This document shows, one piece after another, positions 21,744 through 32,584 of a stretch of 64,000 nt of DNA (its first letter is position 1; every line of letters starts with the position of its first letter). This DNA comes from an uncultured Flavobacterium sp. (GTDB taxonomy: Bacteria; Bacteroidota; Bacteroidia; Flavobacteriales; Flavobacteriaceae). The notes beneath the pieces were generated by a model. That model saw nothing but the letters and a program-made list of their open reading frames with translations, searched no databases and was not told where the DNA came from. A program made the position numbers and the translations under genes. The stretch is taken from NCBI GenBank assembly GCA_964292845.1, contig CAXYWC010000003.1, forward strand, positions 8,734 to 72,733. The letters run 5' to 3'.

Positions 21744-21765
21744 ATTGGAATAAAGTCTTGACAAT

Positions 21766-21798
21766 AAAAAAGACGAACAAACCTTAGTTTATCCGTCT
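21766..21798 (-). terminator. Intrinsic terminator of sod
   Basis: On the minus strand AGACGGATAAAC-TAAG-GTTTGTTCGTCT (with G-U pairs) followed by a T tract, about 30 nt after the sod stop. Confidence 0.65.
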
Positions 21799-21826
21799 AT
21801 TCTCTAAAAGTCTATTATTGTTCTAA

Positions 21827-22432
21827 TTATTTCGCTTCAGCAAAACGTCTTGCAACTTCATCCCAGTTGATTACATTAAAAAAAGCTTCAATATAATCCG
21901 GTCTTCTATTTTGATAATGCAAATAGTAAGCGTGTTCCCAAACGTCCATCCCTAAAATTGGCGTTCCACCACAACCTACACCAGGCATTAAGGTGTTGTC
22001 TTGATTTGGTGTGCCACACACTTCTAGTTTTCCATCTTTCACACACAACCAAGCCCAACCCGAACCAAATTGCGTTGCGCCAGCTTTAGCAAAAGCTGCT
22101 TTAAAATCAGCAAATGTTCCAAAAGCAGCATCAATAGCAGTCGCTAATTCACCCGTAGGCAAACCACCACCGTTTGGCGACATTACAGTCCAAAACAAGT
22201 TATGGTTAAAAAAACCACCACCATTATTGCGGACAGCCGCTTTGGTCATGTCTAGATTTTTAAGAATATCTTCGATAGATTCTCCTTCTAACTCAGTTCC
22301 TGCAATAGCAGCATTTAAGTTGGTTGTATACGCATTGTGGTGCTTCGAATGGTGAATTTCCATGGTTCTAGCATCAATATGTGGTTCTAATGCATCGTAT
22401 GCATACGGTAATTGTGGTAACTCAAAAGCCAT
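21827..22432 (-). CDS. sodA: Fe/Mn superoxide dismutase (Mn-type/cambialistic signature)
   Basis: [35 protein letters not shown]. The GGG plus NQD pattern is the Mn-type signature. Confidence 0.93.
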   Translation of the reverse strand: MAFELPQLPYAYDALEPHIDARTMEIHHSKHHNAYTTNLNAAIAGTELEGESIEDILKNLDMTKAAVRNNGGGFFNHNLFWTVMSPNGGGLPTGELATAIDAAFGTFADFKAAFAKAGATQFGSGWAWLCVKDGKLEVCGTPNQDNTLMPGVGCGGTPILGMDVWEHAYYLHYQNRRPDYIEAFFNVINWDEVARRFAEAK

Positions 22433-22574
22433 AATATTTTATATTTAAAGATTAGTAAATTAATTTTAATCAAAAATAAACATTTAACTTTGGAATTAAA
22501 ATTTCAATCTGTTATAATTTCATTAAAAGTATGAATTATGCAATTGTAGTTCTAACAAAAATAAAAATTTGAAG

Positions 22575-22650
22575 CTATTTCCCGCTTTACACTACAATCT
22601 TTTGTTTTTTAAAGAAAAAAACAAAAGGATTTTCGTTTCAATCGGGGCTA
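22575..22650. repeat. Flavobacterial intergenic hairpin element (possibly the Rfam Flavo-1 motif)
   Basis: CCCGCTTTACACTACAATC-TTTTGTTTTTT-AAAG-AAAAAAACAAAA-GGATTTTCGTTTCAATCGGGG forms an imperfect long hairpin closed by CCCG/CGGG. Recognised from recall as a multi-copy Flavobacterium element; Rfam identity not verified. Confidence 0.5.
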
Positions 22651-22723
22651 AAGTCTTAGCATAAAACAAAACTGAGTATTTTAATTCAACATTGCGAATT
22701 CGTGTAATTCGTGGTAAAAAAAT

Positions 22724-25700
22724 ATGAAAACACCTGCATTCTCCATATACAATGCTTCGGCCGGTTCAGGCAAAACCTATACTTTGGTCAAAGAATATCT
22801 AAAAATTATTCTAAAAGCCAAACACAACGATGCGTACAAAAACATTCTTGCCATCACCTTTACCAATAAGGCCGTTTTCGAAATGAAAACCAGAATTGTA
22901 GAGAGCCTTTTCGATTTTTCTAAAGACAATCCAACCGAAAAATCAATGCAATTGATGGCTGATGTCGGCAAAGAAATTCAGCTGAATTCCTTTCAAATTA
23001 AAACCAAAGCACAGGCAATTATCAAAAATATTATTCATAATTATGCCGCTTTCGATATTTCGACTATTGATAAATTTACCCACAAAGTCATTCGTGCTTT
23101 TGCTTTCGATTTGGGTTTGCCCATTACTTTTGATGTTTCGCTAGACACCGAAAATCTCCTACAAGAAGCCGTAGATGCTATTGTGGCAAAGGCTGGAGAA
23201 GACGAAGAGCTCACCAAATTACTTATCGATTTTACTATGGAAAAAACCGACGACGACAAATCGTGGGACGTTTCCAGCGAAATCATGAACACAGGAAGGT
23301 TAATTCTTAACGAAAATTACCGTGAAGAAATAGTCTCGCTCAAAGACAAAACCATTCCAGAGTTTATGGCGCTCAAAACAAAATTAGAAGAAACCTGCAA
23401 ATCGTTAGAAAAAGAAAATAGTCATTTAGCAAACGAAGCCTTACAGCTTATTGATACACAAGGAATTGACAGAAAATCATTTTCTAGAGAAACTTTCCCT
23501 AATCATTTAGGGTTTATTCAAAGAAGCGAACTCAAACCAACACATAAAAAGTTTAGAACGGTCGATGATATTGCCATTAATAAAAATGCAAATGACAGAG
23601 ATCGTATTGAAGGAATTGCTGAAGAACTAATTTATACCTTGTATAAAGTGTATAAAAACTACGAAAAGAAGGATTTCTATCAAGCTTTTCTAAAAAACAT
23701 CACGCCACTTTCGTTGCTCAATACAGTGAGTAATGAGTTGGCTAAAATTCAGGAAGACCAAAACATTTTGTCTATTTCCGAATTTAATAAACTGATATTT
23801 GAACACATACAAAACCAACCCGCTCCGTTCATTTACGAGCGCTTGGGCGAAAAATATAAACATTTTTTTATCGATGAGTTTCAGGATACGTCCGAAATGC
23901 AATGGCACAATCTCATTCCGTTAATTGATAATGCACTTTCCAGCGAAGACCTGCAAGGCATTCAAGGCTCCCTAATGATTGTGGGCGACCCGAAACAAGC
24001 TATTTACCGTTGGCGTGGCGGAAAAGCAGAGCAATTTATCGATTTATCCAAAACCAAAAACCCGTTTAGCAATAAAGATAAAGAAGTTTTTAACCTAGAA
24101 ACCAATTATCGAAGTTTCGATACCGTAATTGCCTTTAATAATGATTTTTTTAAGTTTTTAGCACAAAAATTCTCAAACGATAATTACAAAGATTTGTATG
24201 AAAAGTACAGTTTTCAAAAATCGAATACTAAAGTAGGCGGTTATGTCAACATTTCCTTTATACCCGAAACGGATGCTGAATTAGTCTTGGAAGACGATGA
24301 AGAAAACCCCGATAAAAACGACATTTATCTCAAAACTACGTTGCAAACCATTAGAAAAGTAGCCACAGAAGGTTTTTCGTTTGCAGAAATTGTATTGCTA
24401 ACTAGAAATAACAAACATGGCGTTTTGCTCGCAAATTACTTGACCGAAAACGACATTCCCGTTATTTCGTCCGAAAGCTTGTTGATAAATGCTTCTTCCG
24501 AAGTGCAATTCATACTCAACATGCTTCGCTATTTGAATGATAAAAGCGATATCGAATCATTAGCCAATGCCTTGTATTATTTGAATCAGAATAATGATAC
24601 TAATTTAGAAACACATGATTTTATTTACCAAGGAATTCAACACAACGATGAAATTGCGTTAGAAAAATGGTTGGCTAATTTCGGCATACACCTTTCGTTT
24701 CAAAATAGCAGGAGAAAATCATTGTACGAAATTGCCGAATTGATTGTAGTAAAATGCATCAATCCTAAAAACAATAATGCTTATGTGCAATATTTTTTAG
24801 ACATTGTTTTAGAACGTGATGTAAAATACCAAATGAGTATTTCCGATTTCTTAGCCTATTGGGACAAAAATGGGCATAAACTAAGCATTCCGTCTGCCGA
24901 AGGATCTAATGCAATTCGAATTATGACGATTCACAAATCGAAAGGATTAGAGTTTCCAGTGGTTATTTTTCCTTTTGCAGAAGAAAATTATAGCGCACCA
25001 AAACGAGAAAAAATGTGGATTGACTCTCAATCGGACGATTTAGACTTTGATAAATTTCTAATCGATAAATCGAGTAAAGTAACCGAATACGGTGAAAATG
25101 CAGCTACAGTTTACCATCAGAAATCGGAAGAAGATTTGTTAGACAATAGTAATGTTTTGTATGTAGCGCTAACGCGTTCCGAAGAACAATTATATATTAT
25201 TTCGAGCCTAAAAGAACGAAATAAAGCAGGCGATTTACCTAACAATTCAGCTTCATTATTTATTGAATTTTTAGAAAACTGCAAAAATTTCGATGCTACT
25301 GTTTTGACTTATGAATTTGGTACTCCAAGAAGAGTTTCGAAACAAAAACCATTAGAAGCCAAACGAAAAGCCATTGAAGTTGTAAAATCTGTTATACATC
25401 CAAATGCCATAAAAATAGCACAACGAGAATCCTTAATGTGGGGAACGCATCAGCAAAAAGCGATTGAATTTGGGAATGTTTTACATGAAATTTTAGCAGA
25501 AGTCAAAACCCAAAACGATATTGCATTGGCTATAAAAAAAGCATTAGAAACTGGTCTTATTACCGAAAGCCAACAACAAGAAGTAGCAAAAACAATTGCC
25601 GATATAGTTTTTCATCCCGAATTAAAAGATTTTTTTGATGAAAACGCCAACATTTTTAACGAACAAGCCATTATTAAAAAAGAATCAAAAACAATACGAC

Positions 25701-25882
25701 CCGACCGAGTTACTATTTCTGGAGAAAACGCCTATTTGCTAGATTATAAAACAGGGAAACATCAATCCAAATACGAAAATCAACTGAAAGAATATGAATT
25801 AGCATTACTCGAAATGGGATTTCATGTACAGAAAAAAGCACTCCTATATATAGGAGAAAATTTAGAAATAGTACATTTGTAA
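22724..25882 (+). CDS. addA: UvrD-family helicase-nuclease, AddA-like
   Basis: ASAGSGKT, IDEFQD, VGDPKQAIYRWRG, MTIHKSKGLEF, YVALTR. C-terminal RecB-like nuclease RPDRV...LLDYKTG. Confidence 0.85.
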   Translation: MKTPAFSIYNASAGSGKTYTLVKEYLKIILKAKHNDAYKNILAITFTNKAVFEMKTRIVESLFDFSKDNPTEKSMQLMADVGKEIQLNSFQIKTKAQAIIKNIIHNYAAFDISTIDKFTHKVIRAFAFDLGLPITFDVSLDTENLLQEAVDAIVAKAGEDEELTKLLIDFTMEKTDDDKSWDVSSEIMNTGRLILNENYREEIVSLKDKTIPEFMALKTKLEETCKSLEKENSHLANEALQLIDTQGIDRKSFSRETFPNHLGFIQRSELKPTHKKFRTVDDIAINKNANDRDRIEGIAEELIYTLYKVYKNYEKKDFYQAFLKNITPLSLLNTVSNELAKIQEDQNILSISEFNKLIFEHIQNQPAPFIYERLGEKYKHFFIDEFQDTSEMQWHNLIPLIDNALSSEDLQGIQGSLMIVGDPKQAIYRWRGGKAEQFIDLSKTKNPFSNKDKEVFNLETNYRSFDTVIAFNNDFFKFLAQKFSNDNYKDLYEKYSFQKSNTKVGGYVNISFIPETDAELVLEDDEENPDKNDIYLKTTLQTIRKVATEGFSFAEIVLLTRNNKHGVLLANYLTENDIPVISSESLLINASSEVQFILNMLRYLNDKSDIESLANALYYLNQNNDTNLETHDFIYQGIQHNDEIALEKWLANFGIHLSFQNSRRKSLYEIAELIVVKCINPKNNNAYVQYFLDIVLERDVKYQMSISDFLAYWDKNGHKLSIPSAEGSNAIRIMTIHKSKGLEFPVVIFPFAEENYSAPKREKMWIDSQSDDLDFDKFLIDKSSKVTEYGENAATVYHQKSEEDLLDNSNVLYVALTRSEEQLYIISSLKERNKAGDLPNNSASLFIEFLENCKNFDATVLTYEFGTPRRVSKQKPLEAKRKAIEVVKSVIHPNAIKIAQRESLMWGTHQQKAIEFGNVLHEILAEVKTQNDIALAIKKALETGLITESQQQEVAKTIADIVFHPELKDFFDENANIFNEQAIIKKESKTIRPDRVTISGENAYLLDYKTGKHQSKYENQLKEYELALLEMGFHVQKKALLYIGENLEIVHL

Positions 25883-25955
25883 AAAATAAGCATAAGGCAA
25901 CAGTAAAAAGACATTAGTTTTGTCGAATAAATGAATAAACAAATACACATAAAAA

Positions 25956-27152
25956 ATGTACGGAAAAATTAAACAACACTTACAAAACGAGTTAAACACC
26001 ATCGAAGAAAACGGAATTTTCAAAAGAGAAAGAGTTATTACTTCGCCACAAGGAGCCGAAATCACGGTTAATGGAAAAACGGTTCTTAATTTTTGTGCTA
26101 ATAATTATTTAGGATTATCCTCACATCCAGAAGTAGTTCAGGCAGCAAAAGACACATTAGATTCTCATGGTTTCGGAATGTCATCTGTTCGTTTTATTTG
26201 CGGAACACAAGACATTCATAAAACATTGGAGAGAAAGATTGCCAATTTTTATGGTACGGAAGATACTATTCTATATGCAGCCGCTTTCGATGCTAATGGA
26301 GGTGTTTTCGAACCATTACTAGGCGAAGAAGACTGTATTATTTCCGATAGTTTAAACCACGCATCGATTATAGATGGAGTTCGTCTATGTAAAGCCGCTC
26401 GTTATCGTTACGAAAATTCTAATATGGACGATTTGGAACAACAACTAATTAAAGCCACTGAAGCAGGAACTCGTTTTAAACTCATTGTAACCGATGGTGT
26501 TTTCTCTATGGACGGTTTAGTGGCTCCTTTAGATAAAATTTGTGATCTCGCTGACAAATATGACGCAATGGTTATGGTTGATGAATGTCACGCAGCAGGA
26601 TTTATTGGCGCAACAGGAAAAGGAACATTAGAAGCCAAAGGTGTAATGGGACGTGTAGATATCATTACAGGCACATTGGGTAAAGCACTTGGTGGAGCGA
26701 TGGGAGGTTATACAACGGCTAAAAAAGAAATTATCGAAATTTTACGCCAACGTTCACGACCTTATTTATTTTCAAATTCATTAGCTCCAGCCATTGTCGG
26801 TGCTTCTATCAAGGTTTTCGAATTATTAGAAAAAGACACGACACTTCGTGATAAATTAGAATGGAATACCAATTATTTTAAGGAAGGGTTGCGAAAAGCA
26901 GGGTTAGATTTCATAAATGGAGACTCGGCAATAGTACCCGTAATGCTCTATGACGCCAAATTATCACAAGTCATGGCCGAAAAATTATTAGAGAAAGGAA
27001 TTTATGTCATCGGATTCTTTTTTCCAGTCGTTCCAAAAGACAAAGCAAGGATTCGAGTTCAGTTGTCTGCAGCTCACACAAAAGAGCATTTGGATAGCGC
27101 CATACAAGCTTTTTCAGAAGTAGGCAGGGAGTTAAATGTAATTAAAAAATAA
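25956..27152 (+). CDS. kbl: Glycine C-acetyltransferase (2-amino-3-ketobutyrate CoA ligase)
   Basis: [45 protein letters not shown] (PLP Lys), [11 protein letters not shown]. Confidence 0.95.
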   Translation: MYGKIKQHLQNELNTIEENGIFKRERVITSPQGAEITVNGKTVLNFCANNYLGLSSHPEVVQAAKDTLDSHGFGMSSVRFICGTQDIHKTLERKIANFYGTEDTILYAAAFDANGGVFEPLLGEEDCIISDSLNHASIIDGVRLCKAARYRYENSNMDDLEQQLIKATEAGTRFKLIVTDGVFSMDGLVAPLDKICDLADKYDAMVMVDECHAAGFIGATGKGTLEAKGVMGRVDIITGTLGKALGGAMGGYTTAKKEIIEILRQRSRPYLFSNSLAPAIVGASIKVFELLEKDTTLRDKLEWNTNYFKEGLRKAGLDFINGDSAIVPVMLYDAKLSQVMAEKLLEKGIYVIGFFFPVVPKDKARIRVQLSAAHTKEHLDSAIQAFSEVGRELNVIKK

Positions 27153-27179
27153 AAAATTTTATTTTTTTTAACAATTCTC

Positions 27180-27210
27180 TTTGTAATTAACTAATTCCTT
27201 CTTACTTTTG
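27180..27210 (+). promoter_or_regulatory. Consensus Bacteroidota promoter of ompA
   Basis: TTTG at 27180-27183, 19-nt spacer, TACTTTTG at 27203-27210. Confidence 0.7.
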
Positions 27211-27245
27211 TCACAATAACGTAATGTAATCAAATAAAATTAAGT

Positions 27246-28664
27246 ATGAAACATCTTAACAAACTTTTTGTTTCCATGTTAATGATTGCTGGATTAAGTG
27301 CTTCTGCACAAGACAGCAACAATCCATGGGCAATATCTTTCGGAGCCAATGCAATAGACACAAGAACTAGTGCTGGTAACAGAGATTTTAATTTTAAAGA
27401 CCACTTTTCACAGTACTTTAACGTGAAAGAAAACTGGAACATTCTTCCTTCAGTATCTTACTTAACAGTAGCTAGAAATGTTGGTGGTAATTTTTCTGTA
27501 GGACTTACAGGTTCTGTGAACAAAATTACAAAATGGGTAAATTGGGTTGGTCCAACTCCAAACGCGACAGTAGTTGTAAATCCAAACGTAATGTATTACT
27601 CAGGAGATTTAGCTATTAAATATAGCTTAATGAACTTAATTGGTTCAAAAGTAATCGATCCTTCTGTAAACATTGGTGGTGGATACTCTTGGATGGGTAA
27701 AACATCTGGAGGTACTGCAAACATAGGTGCTGGGTTGACTTTTTGGTTTACTGAACAAGTTGGTTTAATGTTAAACTCTACTTATAAAAAAGCATTTACT
27801 GATAGAGTATATGTTAGTGCATCAGATTTTAACCTTCCTTCAGTTTTTGAAAACACGGCTGGTTTAACATTCAAATTTGGCGGGAAAGATACAGATAACG
27901 ACGGTATTTACGATAGAGATGATGCTTGTCCAGAAGTTGCTGGTCCTAAAGAATTTCAAGGTTGTCCTGACACTGACGGAGATGGTATCGCTGATAAAGA
28001 TGATACTTGTCCAGAAGTTGCTGGTCCTAAAGAATTTAACGGTTGTCCTGACACTGACGGAGATAAAATTGTTGATAAAGATGATGCTTGTCCAGAAGTT
28101 GCTGGTTTAGCTTCTCTTCAAGGATGTCCTGATACTGATGGAGACGGTCTTGCTGATGCAAAAGACAAATGTCCTACTGTTGCAGGACCTAGAGATAACC
28201 AAGGTTGTCCATGGCCAGATACTGACGGAGATTCAGTTCTTGATAAAGATGATAAATGTGTAGACGTTGCTGGTACTGTTGCAAACAACGGTTGTCCTGA
28301 AGTAACTGAAGATATCGTTAAAAAATTAAACGATTACGCAAAAACTATCTTGTTTGATAATGCAAAATCTACTTTCCAAGCACAAACATTACCTGTGTTA
28401 GAATCAATGGTTGCTATCTTAAACGAGTATCCATCTTCAAAATTCAGCATTGAAGGACACACTGACAACGCTGGTAAAAAAGCTACTAACCAAAAATTGT
28501 CTGAAAACAGAGCTAAAGCTGTTGTTGATTTCTTAGTTGGTAAAGGAATTGCAGCAGATAGATTAACATCTTCAGGTTTTGGAGATTCTCAACCAATTGC
28601 TTCAAACAAAACTAAAGCTGGTAAAGCACAAAACAGAAGAGTAGAAGTTAAAGTGGTTAAATAA
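27246..28664 (+). CDS. ompA: OmpA family outer-membrane protein with thrombospondin type 3-like repeats
   Basis: Signal peptide, beta-barrel, DTDGDG..D..D.CP repeats, C-terminal IEGHTD...LSENRAKAV...QNRRVE. Confidence 0.93.
   Translation: MKHLNKLFVSMLMIAGLSASAQDSNNPWAISFGANAIDTRTSAGNRDFNFKDHFSQYFNVKENWNILPSVSYLTVARNVGGNFSVGLTGSVNKITKWVNWVGPTPNATVVVNPNVMYYSGDLAIKYSLMNLIGSKVIDPSVNIGGGYSWMGKTSGGTANIGAGLTFWFTEQVGLMLNSTYKKAFTDRVYVSASDFNLPSVFENTAGLTFKFGGKDTDNDGIYDRDDACPEVAGPKEFQGCPDTDGDGIADKDDTCPEVAGPKEFNGCPDTDGDKIVDKDDACPEVAGLASLQGCPDTDGDGLADAKDKCPTVAGPRDNQGCPWPDTDGDSVLDKDDKCVDVAGTVANNGCPEVTEDIVKKLNDYAKTILFDNAKSTFQAQTLPVLESMVAILNEYPSSKFSIEGHTDNAGKKATNQKLSENRAKAVVDFLVGKGIAADRLTSSGFGDSQPIASNKTKAGKAQNRRVEVKVVK
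27888..28298 (+). repeat. Five tandem ~81-bp coding repeats (TSP3-like Ca-binding units)
   Basis: Five DTD...GCP units of 27-29 aa. Units 1-3 share long near-identical DNA (TGTCCAGAAGTTGCTGGT...GGTTGTCCTGACACTGACGGAGAT). Confidence 0.9.
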
Positions 28665-28685
28665 TCACTTCTAAAATAAATTCTT

Positions 28686-28717
28686 AAAAACGCCTCGATT
28701 TATCGGGGCGTTTTTTT
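28686..28717 (+). terminator. Intrinsic terminator of ompA
   Basis: AAAAACGCCTCGAT-TT-ATCGGGGCGTTTTTTT. Confidence 0.8.
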
Positions 28718-28729
28718 ATATTTATACCT

Positions 28730-31495
28730 ATGACAAATCCTACCTTTTTAGAAAATTTAGTGGCCAAATTACTTTCTGACGAAAGTGCAAACCTTGATCA
28801 AACTATAATTATTTTACCCAACAAAAGGGCTAAAATATTTCTTTTGGAAGCATTCAAAAAAAAGCTTCCAACTTTTACCTTTGCACCAGAGATCAAAAGT
28901 ATAGAAGATTATATCCAAGAAATGGCAAAGATTCGGACTGTAGATTCTATAGAATTACTTTTTGAATTTTATTCTGTTTATCTATCAATAACTGGAAAGG
29001 AAAAGCAACAAACGTTCGAACAATTTTCTAACTGGGCAAAAACAGTACTACAGGATTTTAATGAAATTGACCGTTATCTTCTAAATCCAAAACATGTATT
29101 TTCGTATCTTCAAGATATCGAAGTTATTAAACGCTGGGGAATTGAAGTGGAGGACAAAACAGCATTAATAGATAACTACCTTGAATTTTGGAAGTTACTC
29201 CCTCTGTATTACAAATCTTTCTCTACACATTTAAAAAACAAAGAAATTGGATATCAAGGCTTGATCTATAGAGAAGCAGTACTTAATCTTGAAAACAGCG
29301 CCACTAATTTCGAAAACAAAAAAATTGTTTTTGCGGGTTTTAATGCTCTAAATCGAGCTGAAGAAAAAATAGTGCAATTCCTTATAGCAAAAGATGTAGC
29401 TAGTATTTATTGGGATATTGATGCCGTCTTTGTGAACGATGTGGCTCACGATGCAGGGTTGTTTGTGAGGCGTTTCAAAAACACCTGGCCACATTTTAAA
29501 AACAATCCTTTTGAATGGATTACCACTCATTTTTCGGAAGAAAAAAACATTCAAATTATTGGCACTGCAAAAGCCATTGGTCAGGCAAAAATTGTATCTG
29601 GAATTGTAGAAAAATTAATTTTAGACAATCCAAACAGATCATTAGACAAGACAGCTTTAGTTCTTGGCGATGAAAACATGCTCATCCCCATGTTGCATTC
29701 TCTTCCTGAAAGTGTTGGAAATTTGAATATTACTATGGGATATGCTAGTAAAAACAATCCCATTCAGTTGTTAGTTTCCAAACTTTTCAAAATGCATACT
29801 AATGCACTAAGTAGAAGTGAATCAAATTATGTGTTTTACTATAAAGATGCACTCGACGTGCTTTCTAATCCTGTAATCGAATCGTATGTAAATGCTTCAA
29901 ATGTAATTCGTACCATCAAAAAGAACAATTTTACATTTATTACCCAATACAAAATCATTTCACTTCAGGAAAATCCCAATCGCCTTTTTGAATTACTTTT
30001 TCAGAAATGGGATCAAAAACCTATTGAAATTTTAGAACGTATTTCTGAAATTCTCTTAATCGTTAAATCAAACTTAGATTCAAATGTAGAAGAAGATAAG
30101 GTAGTAAAAACGTTTCTGTATTCGATTTATAAAGTCATTAATAAGCTCATTACCTATTGTTCAAAAAACGATTATATAGAAAACAGCGCTACTTTATTTA
30201 GCATCTACAAGCAAGTTATCGAACTCGCCGAAGTATCGTTTGAAGGCGAACCCTTGTCTGGATTGCAAATTATGGGAGTATTGGAAAGTCGTGTTTTAGA
30301 TTTTGAAACCGTTATTATTACGTCACTCAATGAAGGGAAATTCCCCGCAGGAAAAACAGTGAATTCGTTTATTCCGTATGATGTGAAAAAGGAATTAGAG
30401 CTGCCCACTTACAAAGAGAAAGATGCTATTTACACCTATCATTTTTACCATTTATTGCAACGAGCCAAAAACATCTATTTACTATACAATACCGAAAGTG
30501 ACGGTTTAGATGGCGGCGAAAAAAGTCGTTTTATTACCCAATTAGAAGTCGAAAAACAACCAAACCACCATTTGACACATGAAATTATTCAGCCCATTGT
30601 GCCGAATATTGCTTCTACACCAATTCGGATTGCCAAATCGGATGCTGTACTGGTGCGTTTGAAAGAAATTGCAATCGGCAAAGGATATTCACCATCGGCA
30701 TTAACAACCTATATTAGAAATCCGACTCAATTTTATTTTCAAAGAATATTATCCATTAAAGAATCGGAGGAAGTGGAAGAAAACATTGCCCTAAACACTT
30801 TAGGGACAATTATTCATGAAACCCTAGAAGCATTGTACAAACCTTTTATCAATACATTTTTGACTGCCCCTAATTTAGAAAAAATGTTAAGCCTTGCTAA
30901 TGAAGAAGTGCTACAGCAATTTAAAGCAATTTATAAAGAAGGAGAGGTTAAAAAAGGAAAAAATCTTTTGGCTTTTGAAGTAGCAAAACGGAATGTTTTT
31001 AATTTTTTGATGGAAGAAAAAAAGCAAATTGAAAATGGTGATGCCATAAAAATTCTAGCCTTAGAAACACCGCTAGAACGAATTTTAGAAGATGAGCATT
31101 TACCATTTTCGGTAAAAATTGCGGGAAACGTAGATAGAATAGAAATTAGGAATAATAAAATTCGAATTATAGATTACAAAACTGGAAAAGTTGATAAAAA
31201 CAATGTACAGCTTAAAGATTGGACTGGTCTAACGTTAGAACTGAAAAACGATAAAATAATTCAATTGCTTTGCTATGCTTTCATGTATGAAGAGCAAACA
31301 AATGGATTGGAAATGGAAGCCGGAATTATTTCGTTTAAAAATATGAAAGGGGGATTTTTGCCTTTTGGATTAAAACAGGAAAAAGAATTTTGTACTACCA
31401 TAACTCCTGATACTCTAGCACATTTTAAAACGGAACTAATTATTTTAATTAATGAAATTTTAAATTGTGAAATCCCATTTGAAGAGAAAATATAA
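28730..31495 (+). CDS. addB: PD-(D/E)XK nuclease family protein, AddB-like
   Basis: Degenerate helicase-like N-terminus (IILPNKRA, FAGFNAL, LQIMGVLESR). C-terminal SPSAL, GNVDRIE, IIDYKTG, QL..YA nuclease motifs. Near addA. Confidence 0.78.
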   Translation: MTNPTFLENLVAKLLSDESANLDQTIIILPNKRAKIFLLEAFKKKLPTFTFAPEIKSIEDYIQEMAKIRTVDSIELLFEFYSVYLSITGKEKQQTFEQFSNWAKTVLQDFNEIDRYLLNPKHVFSYLQDIEVIKRWGIEVEDKTALIDNYLEFWKLLPLYYKSFSTHLKNKEIGYQGLIYREAVLNLENSATNFENKKIVFAGFNALNRAEEKIVQFLIAKDVASIYWDIDAVFVNDVAHDAGLFVRRFKNTWPHFKNNPFEWITTHFSEEKNIQIIGTAKAIGQAKIVSGIVEKLILDNPNRSLDKTALVLGDENMLIPMLHSLPESVGNLNITMGYASKNNPIQLLVSKLFKMHTNALSRSESNYVFYYKDALDVLSNPVIESYVNASNVIRTIKKNNFTFITQYKIISLQENPNRLFELLFQKWDQKPIEILERISEILLIVKSNLDSNVEEDKVVKTFLYSIYKVINKLITYCSKNDYIENSATLFSIYKQVIELAEVSFEGEPLSGLQIMGVLESRVLDFETVIITSLNEGKFPAGKTVNSFIPYDVKKELELPTYKEKDAIYTYHFYHLLQRAKNIYLLYNTESDGLDGGEKSRFITQLEVEKQPNHHLTHEIIQPIVPNIASTPIRIAKSDAVLVRLKEIAIGKGYSPSALTTYIRNPTQFYFQRILSIKESEEVEENIALNTLGTIIHETLEALYKPFINTFLTAPNLEKMLSLANEEVLQQFKAIYKEGEVKKGKNLLAFEVAKRNVFNFLMEEKKQIENGDAIKILALETPLERILEDEHLPFSVKIAGNVDRIEIRNNKIRIIDYKTGKVDKNNVQLKDWTGLTLELKNDKIIQLLCYAFMYEEQTNGLEMEAGIISFKNMKGGFLPFGLKQEKEFCTTITPDTLAHFKTELIILINEILNCEIPFEEKI

Positions 31496-31601
31496 GTCGT
31501 AAGTTCACTAAGGATTTGTAAAGGCACAAAAGTTAATTCTAAAAAAATTAACGCCAATTTAGTATTTCCTTTGGATAGATTTTGATTTCATTTATATTTC
31601 T

Positions 31602-31907
31602 TTGCAAGAAAAGATCAGAAAATTTTTAAACATATTCGAATTTTTTAAAAGTACCCTCGCAATAAATTACGCAATTTCATTATTGGGTCTTCTATTTATT
31701 GGCGTTAGTGGCTTTTTTATCGTTTCCATAAGTTTTGGTTATGTTGTTTCGTTAGCCATTAAAGAGGTTAAGGAGAATGAAAATTATTTGTTTTATTTCA
31801 ATAACGGAATCTCTAAATTGCAGTTATGGGTTCTTTCCTTTGTGTTAAATATTATTCTTTCAACTTGTATCGTGCTGTTTTTTAATCTAATAAAAAAATT
31901 ATTTTGA
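31602..31907 (+). CDS. Small hypothetical membrane protein (about 3 TM helices)
   Basis: 101-aa hydrophobic ORF with YLFYFNNGISKLQL loop. TTG start is uncertain. Stop overlaps the next gene's start (TTGA). Confidence 0.6.
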   Translation: MQEKIRKFLNIFEFFKSTLAINYAISLLGLLFIGVSGFFIVSISFGYVVSLAIKEVKENENYLFYFNNGISKLQLWVLSFVLNIILSTCIVLFFNLIKKLF

Positions 31908-32584
31908 ATAAAAATAGTTTAGAAGTCGATAGCGTTCTAAAAAGATTTGATGGTAAATTAGTACTTTCAGATGTTTTTATAAAATGTGAAACCAATGATA
32001 TTATTGGGCTTTTAGGAAGAAATGGTTCTGGAAAATCAACCTTATTAAAAATTATTTTCGGAACTATTTCAGCGGATACTAAGTTTATAAAAATTGATAA
32101 AATTCCAAAAATAAAAAACACACCCCTTTTTGATGCAATAAGTTATTTAAGTCAGAATAACTTTATTCCAGAACATTTTACAGTCAAAAAAGCAATTGCA
32201 TTATCGATAGCCAAACAAAATCGTGTAGCATTTTATGAAGACAAAATGATACAATTGATTTTACATAACAAAATTAGTCATTTGTCTGGCGGAGAACTTC
32301 GCTATCTCGAAATTAAATTGATACTAGAAAACCCCTCAAAATTTGTCCTACTTGATGAACCCTACAATGGTTTATCTCCAATAATGATTGAAAAAATAAA
32401 CGAATTAATTATCGAAAAATCAAAGCATAAAGGAATAATTATTACCGACCATAATTACGAAAATGTGATTAAAATTTCGACTAAATTAATTTTAATGAAA
32501 GACGGAAAAACACATCATATAGAACACAAAAAGGAACTTATCGAAAAAGGATATTTGTTTGAAGGAATGATTAGCAACTCTTAA
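31904..32584 (+). CDS. ABC ATP-binding protein, LptB-like
   Basis: GRNGSGKS Walker A, LSGGE signature, VLLDEP Walker B, ITDHN H-loop. Confidence 0.88.
   Translation: MNKNSLEVDSVLKRFDGKLVLSDVFIKCETNDIIGLLGRNGSGKSTLLKIIFGTISADTKFIKIDKIPKIKNTPLFDAISYLSQNNFIPEHFTVKKAIALSIAKQNRVAFYEDKMIQLILHNKISHLSGGELRYLEIKLILENPSKFVLLDEPYNGLSPIMIEKINELIIEKSKHKGIIITDHNYENVIKISTKLILMKDGKTHHIEHKKELIEKGYLFEGMISNS

Noticed and set aside
27888-28298. 81-bp tandem repeats resembling an array
   Set aside because: They are in-frame TSP3-like repeats of OmpA with no unique spacers; not CRISPR.
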